Origin: a virus
Taxonomy: Duplodnaviria > Caudoviricetes
Length of the DNA: 63,596 nt
Direction: 5' to 3' (one strand)
Virus record (IMG/VR): IMGVR_UViG_3300005098_000067
Span: 1-63,596 of that record
Shown here in pieces: positions 16,922-24,713 of the stretch. Each line of letters starts with the position of its first letter. Position 1 is the stretch's first letter. The notes beneath the pieces were generated by a model. That model had not been told where the DNA came from and made no database searches. It was given only the letters and a program-made list of their open reading frames with translations. Position numbers and translations under genes: made by a program.

Positions 16922-16990
16922 TAGCCTGCCTCATCAGCACCTGGGCGGCTACCCCAAGTGAACTGGGGGCTGAGTCCCCCAGTTTCGGCT
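16922..16990 (-). ncRNA. type II hammerhead ribozyme, canonical core
   Basis: GCC-GAAA-[CTGGGGG ACTCAG CCCCCAG]-TT-[CACTTGGG GTAGCCG CCCAGGTG]-CTGATGA-GGC-AGGCTA. Loop TAGCC can pair with the 3' GGCTA. Predicted GUU cleavage between 16961 and 16960. Confidence 0.92.
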
Positions 16991-16992
16991 CT

Positions 16993-17172
16993 TTACTTAC
17001 CCGCCTCCCGCAATGCGTTCGCGGCCTCCTCTTTCGCGGCCTTCGCAGCCGCATACGCATCCCATTCAGCAGCGGTTGCACCAGAGCGACCATGAACTAT
17101 CAGGGAAAGCCGATTGTACTCCTGCACAGCCTTTTTGTATGCCTCAAGGGCATCGGGTGTTCTCTTTATCAC
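16993..17172 (-). CDS. small helical hypothetical protein
   Basis: GTG start after GAGGAG; stops just before the hammerhead. Confidence 0.5.
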   Translation of the reverse strand: MIKRTPDALEAYKKAVQEYNRLSLIVHGRSGATAAEWDAYAAAKAAKEEAANALREAGK

Positions 17173-17288
17173 TTTCTTTCTCCTCTCTCTTCCAATTGCG
17201 TGGCTTAACCATCGGGGCAAAGTCAACTCGCCCCTATGTTCTCCTTTGAGACTAGACGAGACTAGAGCGACCTCGTGGTCACTCCGAA

Positions 17289-17425
17289 TCGGTCGGGAAG
17301 GGCACGACCCCTTCGACCCGTGCAATATCGAGGTCGACTGCCGCCAAAGGCTATTTCCCCATCGCACCCGATGATAGCCATCCGAACAATTCCGCTCGCT
17401 TGCACTGGGTCCGCCTGCCGACCGA
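17289..17425 (-). ncRNA. candidate structured RNA with tRNA-like closing stems
   Basis: TCGGTCGG/CCGACCGA closing stem, adjacent GAAGGG/CCCTTC hairpin and long-range GACCC-A-GTGCAA/TTGCAC-GGGTC helix. Confidence 0.45.
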
Positions 17426-17809
17426 ATACCCGTTCCAAAGTTTGTAACGCAATGTCGCACTCATTGCCCCTTTATCCGTCCGGTGCGAGTTAACGCCTCC
17501 ATTGCCCAACGGGTATAAAATGGCTCTCTCCGCTTCTAACGGCTCGGACGGTGGGTTATCTATGACTGGGAATTTTCCCCCTGCCTCCAGCAGTAGAAGT
17601 GATGAACGCTCCTGGTGGGTACTGCCAATTCGCCCGGCGCTAAGATTGGCGCCTCCGAGGGCTGTTTCCTTCCGTTTCCTGCCTTGACCTGGGGGTCTTC
17701 GGCGAGCTCCCCGATGGAGAGTGTACTCGGGAAGGCTGCATTTTTGAGATTTCAGAGGGTCGTTCCGTATGTCATTGTTAAGGTTCTGGTCGTTGGGTCT
17801 GTTTTGTAA

Positions 17810-17900
17810 GGGCCTTATTATACTCATTATAAAGGATAAAAGTTAGAATGCGGTTAGAATTTTCATAAAAATTTATTAAAAATTCTTGGATTATGGAAAG
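17810..17900 (-). promoter_or_regulatory. AT-rich island with tandem TATAAT boxes (probable early promoter)
   Basis: TATAATGAGTATAAT at 17817-17831 and TTCTAAC direct repeats. No consensus -35. Confidence 0.5.
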
Positions 17901-17903
17901 TCG

Positions 17904-17919
17904 ACCTTTGCGCAAAGGT
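17904..17919. repeat. palindrome ACCTTTGCGCAAAGGT (core CTTTGCGCAAAG also at 11557, 24694, 43748, 60723)
   Basis: Five exact 12-bp copies seen by eye. Confidence 0.8.
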
Positions 17920-18409
17920 TTGGGAAAAGGACCGATTGTGCTTGGTGCTGCTGGGTTTGCTGGGTGAAAGGGTATAGTGATATGGAAAATGGTAGTGCGT
18001 GGGAGCTGCGGAAGGCTGCAAGGGGCAAGTAAAACGCCCGTTTGTGCTTTGAGCAGCGGGGTTTAGCGAGAATTTAGGATATAGATGATATGGGCCGATG
18101 GTTGCGTTGATTAGCGAGAAGGCTGCATGGAGCATTTTGGGCACCCTGTTGAGCGGGTTGCTGCTGAGTTTGCTGGTAAAATTGGTATGGTGATATGGAA
18201 AGGATAGAGGCGCCGAAGCTAGGGAAGGCTGCGAGGAGGGCGACTTGGTTTCGGCCGTTTGGAGATGGCATAGCCCGGGCCTTTCTCGGCTCCCGAAACC
18301 TGCCTGTGGCCATTGGTTGCTGACGCAGGTTCGCTCCCGCGTCAGCTTTTCGGGATCCGATACGTGATAGAGAGAGGGGTCTTGCGTTTGGGCTGTGGCC
18401 CAAACGCAA

Positions 18410-18443
18410 GAGAGAAAGGGTGTCGGATGACACCCTTTCTCTC
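18410..18443. terminator. perfect 15-bp hairpin, possible terminator or RNA 3' end
   Basis: GAGAGAAAGGGTGTC-ggat-GACACCCTTTCTCTC; the U-tail is weak. Confidence 0.5.
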
Positions 18444-19070
18444 CCCCTGATTAGGTTTTGCGAGGTCGCTTAGGGGACAAAGTGGGACCTATATACCCAG
18501 CCCTCCAGGAGGGCTTTGCTGCCTACACTCCGGGGAAGCTCTTTCGCGGATTGCTTCCTAAACTATCAGGTACTGACTCCCCTCGGTTCCTAGATAAAGA
18601 GCGCCTTTCGGCGTTCCCTGATAGCTACCCGACCCCTGACGTGCCCTATATCCGCGTGGGCTTTCGTGGGTCCTCGGAACGGTATCATCGAGTAGGGCGG
18701 TGTGTCACGTCGCCCCTTTGGCCATGCCGGCCGGCTGGGTTGCGACCGGTTTAGGCGAGGCGCTGCACCTGCTCTGAGCAGGCGGGGTATAATCCCAGAC
18801 TCCTAGTTCCCCCAAGCAACCTCCTATACGCTTAGACGCAAAAATCCCACCCTAGGAAGGCGGGATCGTCTGCTAAGAAAGAGCCCTCCACGTCTCTCTG
18901 CCCCTTTGCCCCTGGCGAAAGAGACGTACAAAGAAAGCCAGTCGAGGTCTGTGCCTCGGGGGCAGAGAGAAGTGAAGGGCTTGAACTCTGATTGTCGATT
19001 TGTGGTCATTGTACGTTCTCTTTCTGTGATAGGGCCGGGCAAAAGGCTCTGTGAAAACCTGTGATGCTTA

Positions 19071-19099
19071 ATTATAAGGGAAAACTACAAAAAAGTCAA
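19071..19099 (-). promoter_or_regulatory. sigma70-type promoter
   Basis: TTGACT-17 bp-TATAAT. Confidence 0.8.
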
Positions 19100-19300
19100 A
19101 TTGGCCTGTTTGGGTACTGTGTAGACCCCTCTGGCCTGGAACTTCTCACCCCGACCCTGCAGATAGCGAATAGCATCCTGCCTGGTCGCAAAAGCTATCC
19201 TATGTCGCCGTATGCCCGGCTGTCCTGGCTCGGGTTCCAACACCACCCAGACCTGGAACCCGCCATAGGAGCGAGCCTCCAAAGTGACTCCGCTTGCCAT
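19085..19300 (-). CDS. hypothetical protein
   Basis: Start MASGVT after AAAGGAG. Confidence 0.5.
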   Translation of the reverse strand: MASGVTLEARSYGGFQVWVVLEPEPGQPGIRRHRIAFATRQDAIRYLQGRGEKFQARGVYTVPKQANLTFL

Positions 19301-19443
19301 CCAATCGCTCCTTTCCCTAAACCTTTCGAGCTCGACCGGCCTGGGATGCAACTTGTGGGGGCAAGCTTGCGTCTACGGGGGCCACCGGCCGAGCTCTGAC
19401 GAAAGGTGCTCCAAACGCGACGACGTTTGGGGGGACTGTGTCC

Positions 19444-19472
19444 ATTATAGCCTAATTATCATCTCCTGTCAA
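19444..19472 (-). promoter_or_regulatory. consensus sigma70-type promoter
   Basis: TTGACA-17 bp-TATAAT. Confidence 0.85.
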
Positions 19473-19750
19473 GCACGGGCCAGAAGGACAAGCATGTAAG
19501 GGTCACCCTTCCTCTTTCCACGCCGCAGCTCTCTAAACCCTGCTCGCTGTAGAAGCAAGGCCAATCGCCACGACGTGAAGCCCGTCAAGTGGTCGTAGCA
19601 GGCATACGGCTGTCCAGGGCGTTTTCCTCCTCCATAAATCCTTGCCAGGGCCTTCTCATCGCTGAGCTCACGCCTCACCAACCAGGCCAGGCAGACTTTC
19701 TCCAAGTCTGGGACCTCTACCCGAAGTGTGCCTCCAGGCTTAAGCACTCG
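19469..19750 (-). pseudogene. C-terminal half of a second class I methyltransferase
   Basis: RVLKPGGTLRVEVPDL...IYGG...HLTGFT...LLQRAGF with no SAM-binding N-terminus and no start. Confidence 0.6.
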
Positions 19751-20238
19751 CAGCGAATGTCTCCCTTCGACCGCCGGGCTGATGGGACCCCTTTCCTGGA
19801 GCTGAGGACGTGCCGCAATGCAATCACTCGAAACCCGAACTGGGGCAAGAGGCTGTGCAGCCTCCGAACTGTGAACCCGTTCCTGTGCGCCATCCCCTCC
19901 CTCTCCTGCAAACCAAAGATGGAATTGAATCCACGCCCCCAGCGGTACTCGAACCCGCCTTGAAGCCAGCACTCAAGCCTGACCTCGAAGTCCGGGCAGA
20001 TGATCGTCAACTTCCCTCCGGGCTTGAGCACCCGGTACCACTCCCGCAGGGTCTCCCCGAGCTGTGAATTCGTCAAATGCTCAATCAGATGCGACGAGAA
20101 AATCTCATCCACCTGTGAGTCAGCATAAGGCAAGGCATGAGCCGGAGCAACAACGTCAGCAGCGGGAGTGGGGTACAGGTCTACCCCAACGAACCCGACC
20201 ATGCGTTTCTTTCCACAGCCGACGTTCAGTCGCAACAT
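19717..20238 (-). CDS. class I SAM-dependent methyltransferase (Methyltransf_11-like)
   Basis: LNVGCG, VGVD, SSHLIEH, WYRVLKPGG and CPD motifs. Confidence 0.85.
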   Translation of the reverse strand: MLRLNVGCGKKRMVGFVGVDLYPTPAADVVAPAHALPYADSQVDEIFSSHLIEHLTNSQLGETLREWYRVLKPGGKLTIICPDFEVRLECWLQGGFEYRWGRGFNSIFGLQEREGMAHRNGFTVRRLHSLLPQFGFRVIALRHVLSSRKGVPSARRSKGDIRCECLSLEAHFG

Positions 20239-20254
20239 CGCCCATCCTCCCCCG

Positions 20255-20488
20255 TCATCCATCCTCACGGAGCCGGGCCGCGCGAGCTTCCAAATCCGCG
20301 ACGAGGCGCTCACGCGCCTGATCCAGGGCTAACCGAGCCGCTGCCAGGTCAATTGCTGAGTCCTCCACAACGGCTTTGAGCGAGTCCTGCGCTTGCTTGC
20401 CCGACTCGTGAACCGCCTCCAGCCGCCTATAGGCGATCTCCAACAGCTGGAGCGCTTCCGCCATGTCTGTTATTCGGCGATCAGGCAT
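20255..20488 (-). CDS. small coiled-coil protein
   Basis: ORF coupled to the upstream gene. Confidence 0.5.
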   Translation of the reverse strand: MPDRRITDMAEALQLLEIAYRRLEAVHESGKQAQDSLKAVVEDSAIDLAAARLALDQARERLVADLEARAARLREDG

Positions 20489-20915
20489 TGCCTCCCTCCA
20501 GAGCTTGTAATCTTTCCTTCACACTCCGCAGCTCCGCCGCCTGCGCCGTGATTAAGTCCGACATCTCCTGGACGCGCCGAGCGTGCCGTTGTTCTGTCTC
20601 GCGTAATGTCTGCAAGAACCTCCGCTCCTGGTCCTCTGAAATCCGCTGCCAATGCTCACGCATGTCCCTCTCAATCGCCAACTTGCGCTCCAGGTCGTCT
20701 ATCTGCTCCTGCATCAAGGCCGATTGCTCCTGGAGGCGCTTGATTTCTGCCAGCCGCTCTTGTGCCAGGGCCAAGAGCTGTTCGAATTGCTGGCTCTCTT
20801 GGCCCATGGCTTTCTTGGCGTCCTCTCGCCTCTCTCTGCGCAAAGAGAAGTAAAGCGCCGCCAGGCTGCAAACTGCTGTAACACTCCACGCCAGCCAGTT
20901 CAACAACTGATCCAT
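20481..20915 (-). CDS. membrane-anchored coiled-coil protein (possible lysis-related protein)
   Basis: N-terminal hydrophobic helix followed by a coiled coil; position after the tail genes. Confidence 0.5.
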   Translation of the reverse strand: MDQLLNWLAWSVTAVCSLAALYFSLRRERREDAKKAMGQESQQFEQLLALAQERLAEIKRLQEQSALMQEQIDDLERKLAIERDMREHWQRISEDQERRFLQTLRETEQRHARRVQEMSDLITAQAAELRSVKERLQALEGGNA

Positions 20916-20918
20916 GGC

Positions 20919-21425
20919 TTAACCCAATCTGTGCAATGCGAACCAGGACGATGAGACGGTCACCACGCCCCCGGAATCTTGCCAAACCTGATGCTGCACG
21001 TAGTCTCCAGCATCCAAATGGTAGACCGCGACAACCTGCACAATTGGCCCCCACGTTGCATTTCCGGCCCCGGCATTCCGCGCTTCCCCCAGGACTGTGA
21101 CTCCATTCAACAATATCCCGCTCCACCTCCGCCCGCCGGCTGCCGGGGACCAATTTGCCTGACCGAGAATCAGGTGATAACCGGTGGCCTGGCAGGTCAG
21201 CCGTGAGTTATTTACGGCATTATCATGAAAGTCATCAGTGTCGTACCGCTCGTTGGGATAGGCCAAACACGTCGCCACCATGTTGGCTATATCCTGATTG
21301 CCCGCGTAGACCCGGCACCCGGAAAACTTCCCCCCCCACTGGGCGGTCTCCAGCTGGCGAACCCTGCGGCCCAGATCGGCTAAAGCGCTTATCAGCTTGG
21401 CGAATTCCGGTGAATCTGTGATCAT
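20919..21425 (-). CDS. tail-fibre/receptor-binding protein with C1q-like domain
   Basis: ERYDTDDFHDNAVNNSRLTC...GYHLI...LDAGDYV..VWQDSG pattern. Confidence 0.7.
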   Translation of the reverse strand: MITDSPEFAKLISALADLGRRVRQLETAQWGGKFSGCRVYAGNQDIANMVATCLAYPNERYDTDDFHDNAVNNSRLTCQATGYHLILGQANWSPAAGGRRWSGILLNGVTVLGEARNAGAGNATWGPIVQVVAVYHLDAGDYVQHQVWQDSGGVVTVSSSWFALHRLG

Positions 21426-22657
21426 GGCAAATCGGCAAACTCCATTGTTATTCGCTCATCTGGGTTCGACATGTCCACATTGACTGTGACCAGCTTCTTG
21501 TGAAAGACTAGTCCGTCGTAGCTGGCTGTGATCCTGTCGCCCCACCAATAATGCAAACCGTACAAGGTACTTGGAATCTGGAGTGGCTTGAACGAAAATT
21601 TCTCCTGCGCTTGCAATTTTTCCAGCTCTGCAACTGCCTGATCGCCTAGCTGCGCTGGGGTATTCTGGCTGGCTCCGCCCCGGGACGTTTCCAGTAAGTT
21701 GTACGGCGAGTCGGCCATTGCTGCTGGGGCCACGGCTATTCCTACCGGGCGATCCAGGTCTTGACCCGACCCCAGGACATAAGCTGCTGTGCGTTCCCCT
21801 GACCTCGCCAGAGAGTACGTTGGCTCTGTCATGTTACCGTACTCCAAGCTGAACACCACGGGGGCATTGCCCGCTGCATTCAAGCCCGTGGCTGCATCCA
21901 AGCCGTTCGTGGTGCGATCCTGGCCTAGTTGGCCTGGATACGTCCTAAACTCCCAGGCCCCAGGACCAATCCCCACGACGTTGAAATCCAGACCTGAGAA
22001 ATTGGCTATCTCCTGCAGGACTTCGAGCAAGTTGCGGAAAGCTCGGTCTCCCGTCCAGACCCCGCCCCAGCCGGAGTCAGCTTGTACGCTGAATCCGGGC
22101 ATGACGCCTGGAATCCAGGGCCGAGGCGGGGCCGTCGCGCCCGGGCCCAGATTTTCGTCCACGAACTCCTTCATGACCGTCTCCGCTGGAGCGCTTTTGG
22201 AGGCGAAGGGCGATGAGGCAAAGTAGCTTATGATGCGACGAGCTAGGAATGAGTTTGGGCCAAAAGCCAAGGCCGTAAAGTGCTTGGCTCCATTGGCTAA
22301 CGTCTGGCGCACCGTGTCCCGAATCACCGACTCAAACTCAAGATACCAGTCCAGGCCCGCGCCCGGAACGGAGCGCCAGACTTCTATCTGCCCGTCAAGC
22401 TCGAACAGCGGCACGCGGGGGTCGTGCCCGTCTATACAAAAGACCAGAGAGCCTTGGTCGTTCAGTTGGTGGCTAAAGCGAAGGACTTTCCAATGGTCAA
22501 AGATGGCAACTTGATTGCCCAGCGGATCCCGAAGCAGGACGTAGTAACGCGCCGCAAGCCCCGCCCCTGTTGCAACCTCCGGCAAAGGCCCGGGTCCCGG
22601 AGACCCACAGGTCTCGGCGTAGCATTGCTGCGCATACCTCCAGTTTGAGTAAGGCAT
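21422..22657 (-). CDS. siphovirus ReqiPepy6 gp37-like minor tail protein
   Basis: Size and position; LARRII, NLLEVLQEIA, VVFSLEYGN, YVLGSGQ and YGLHYWWGDRIT motifs. Confidence 0.75.
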   Translation of the reverse strand: MPYSNWRYAQQCYAETCGSPGPGPLPEVATGAGLAARYYVLLRDPLGNQVAIFDHWKVLRFSHQLNDQGSLVFCIDGHDPRVPLFELDGQIEVWRSVPGAGLDWYLEFESVIRDTVRQTLANGAKHFTALAFGPNSFLARRIISYFASSPFASKSAPAETVMKEFVDENLGPGATAPPRPWIPGVMPGFSVQADSGWGGVWTGDRAFRNLLEVLQEIANFSGLDFNVVGIGPGAWEFRTYPGQLGQDRTTNGLDAATGLNAAGNAPVVFSLEYGNMTEPTYSLARSGERTAAYVLGSGQDLDRPVGIAVAPAAMADSPYNLLETSRGGASQNTPAQLGDQAVAELEKLQAQEKFSFKPLQIPSTLYGLHYWWGDRITASYDGLVFHKKLVTVNVDMSNPDERITMEFADLP

Positions 22658-22659
22658 GA

Positions 22660-23580
22660 CTACGTTCCATTGATAATCGGCGAGCCAGAATTTCCCTCGA
22701 AGTAGCGAACGAAATCGAAAGCGGCAATGGGCGAGAAGCGAGGAGCGTCCGCGTCGACAAACCCAGGCCACCGGACGAAGAGCGTCAGGTGCGTGATTTC
22801 CTCCGGGGCAATCGGGACTTCCGCCACATCTAGGGGCCCCTCCTCTGTGAACGACCCTGCTATGGGCGCCCACGTTCGCCCATCCCCAAACCAGGCGCTA
22901 AAAGCGGGACCGAGGTAGACTGTCGTGCGCAAGACTATCATCAGGTACTCCGCCCCCGCCGCGAACCCTCCTGCATCCAGGCAGGTTCCCATCGCACACA
23001 ACTCGCCGTGATAGAGTTCGCCTCCCCAGGGCATTGCGCTCTTACAGATGTATATCTTCTCCCGTGAGTCGAACCCTTGCCCGTACACATCCGTTCCGCT
23101 GAGCATAATGCCTGCCGAGTACGGCACTGCGTACTGGGCCGTGACATGCGAGACCTTGCACACAAACCGGCATTCGCTGACCCCGGACAAGTCGACCGAT
23201 TTCCTGATCATGGCCGCGTTGTTCTCCGGGTCCCAACCTCCGAGATAACTCTCGTCAAACCTGGCCTGCATCCCCATCATGCCCCGATAGGTCGTCGGGT
23301 CGTAGATGCCACCCCCAGGCGGGCCTTCGTAGAACAGGTCTACCGTGCCCAATGTGCAATTGAGAGGCGTCCATGCCGGATCCAGCACCCCGGACTCAAA
23401 CTCGTCATCATAGGCTGACGGGGCAGGGGGCTTGAGGTCAGGCCGATACGTCCGATGGATCTCCCTCTCCAAGGCCATGATAGCGTCCTGCATGTTGTTG
23501 ACATGCGAGGCCATAATCAGATCGACGTTATCTACCTTGTCGGCCCAGGTGTCCTCACTGTAGGGCCAATTCGTGGCCAT
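22660..23580 (-). CDS. minor tail / receptor-binding protein
   Basis: N-terminal ASHVNNMQDAIMALE motif followed by a DDEF..LD..W lectin-like region. Confidence 0.6.
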   Translation of the reverse strand: MATNWPYSEDTWADKVDNVDLIMASHVNNMQDAIMALEREIHRTYRPDLKPPAPSAYDDEFESGVLDPAWTPLNCTLGTVDLFYEGPPGGGIYDPTTYRGMMGMQARFDESYLGGWDPENNAAMIRKSVDLSGVSECRFVCKVSHVTAQYAVPYSAGIMLSGTDVYGQGFDSREKIYICKSAMPWGGELYHGELCAMGTCLDAGGFAAGAEYLMIVLRTTVYLGPAFSAWFGDGRTWAPIAGSFTEEGPLDVAEVPIAPEEITHLTLFVRWPGFVDADAPRFSPIAAFDFVRYFEGNSGSPIINGT

Positions 23581-23589
23581 GGCTCCTCC

Positions 23590-23706
23590 TTAAAAGGTCA
23601 GCGGGAATTCAAGCGGGAAAGTGGCTTTAGCCGGCTTTAGCAACCAACGCAGAAGCCAGAGCAAGACTTTAAGGCAAACTTCCAAAAACTCGCGCAGATT
23701 CCGCAT
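23590..23706 (-). CDS. 38-aa small protein
   Basis: ATG after GAGGTGA; fills the gap exactly; ends TFPLEFPLTF. Confidence 0.4.
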   Translation of the reverse strand: MRNLREFLEVCLKVLLWLLRWLLKPAKATFPLEFPLTF

Positions 23707-23714
23707 GTCTCACC

Positions 23715-24665
23715 TCAGCGTTCCGCATCGTACAGGAGCAGGAACCCCACGAGGCTGATGGGACCTGGATTCGTGTCTGCTGGGCTCGAGCCCTTGCGAT
23801 AAATGGAGCAATCCAGGAAATCTCCCGGTTGTGCCCAGGCCGAGACGTCCATTTCGCAGATGCAATTGTAGTCTATCATGGACCCCTCGAGCGTTTCGAC
23901 GTGCCAGGACAAGTAGCTCTCGTGCAGGGCGTGACTCTCCCCGCAAGCTCCCCCCTTAACGGCGGCTTCGACATAGACATCCCCATCGTTGTAGGCTACA
24001 ACGACTGCATAAACTTTCCCTGAGGCCTTGTAGTCGTCGGGGATCATCATTGAGGCGTAGGCAATGCAATCGTCTGTCGGGGGAAGACCGCCCACCCAGG
24101 GATAACTGCTCAAGTACCCTATCTTTGCAGCCGTCGTGTGGTTATAGCCGCATGTAGCTTGCCCCAGTTTCATACCGGCTCGCAACGTCTTGAATAGGCA
24201 AATGAGCTCCCGCTCATCCGTGATTTCCAGGGCTCCGGCATTCTCCTGGATCGTAGCTAACGGGATTTCCCACGTCGTCCCGTCCACCTGCGTCAGGGCT
24301 GGCACGCCTCCTGCTGGCCCTAGCACAACTTGCCTGACCGTCTGCGCCGCCCAGTCCTTCCGCAGAACTATCCGCTCGAACTCCCCCGCGGCTCCCGCGA
24401 ACGTGTAGCTCTCCACTGCATTCGACTCGTAGAACTTCCCGTCCACCAAAGCTGCACCTGTGTCGACTTGGTAGTTCAGTCCACCAGGGGTCGTTACCTC
24501 TAGCTCGTTGCTGTACCCGGCAATGACCCCCTCGGCCGCCCTATCACCGATGAACAGCTTCCGCCAAACGTCCGACCACTCATCGTCCGAGTACGGGGCG
24601 GGGAACAGCCCTCCTGCTGCATCCCCGATTGAGACTCCACCCCATGGAAGGCTACCTTGTGTCAT
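23715..24665 (-). CDS. minor tail (baseplate upper-like) protein
   Basis: VDTGAALVDGKFY...RIVLR...WEIPLA..ITDER pattern. Confidence 0.7.
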   Translation of the reverse strand: MTQGSLPWGGVSIGDAAGGLFPAPYSDDEWSDVWRKLFIGDRAAEGVIAGYSNELEVTTPGGLNYQVDTGAALVDGKFYESNAVESYTFAGAAGEFERIVLRKDWAAQTVRQVVLGPAGGVPALTQVDGTTWEIPLATIQENAGALEITDERELICLFKTLRAGMKLGQATCGYNHTTAAKIGYLSSYPWVGGLPPTDDCIAYASMMIPDDYKASGKVYAVVVAYNDGDVYVEAAVKGGACGESHALHESYLSWHVETLEGSMIDYNCICEMDVSAWAQPGDFLDCSIYRKGSSPADTNPGPISLVGFLLLYDAER

Positions 24666-24713
24666 GACTGCTCTCCTTTCTTCGACCTGAAATCTTTGCG
24701 CAAAGAATCTGCG

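Noticed and set aside
18410-18830. Group II or group I intron
   Set aside because: No recognisable domain V or GUGCG 5' end, no P7 core, no interrupted host gene and no maturase. Kept only as an unassigned ncRNA candidate.
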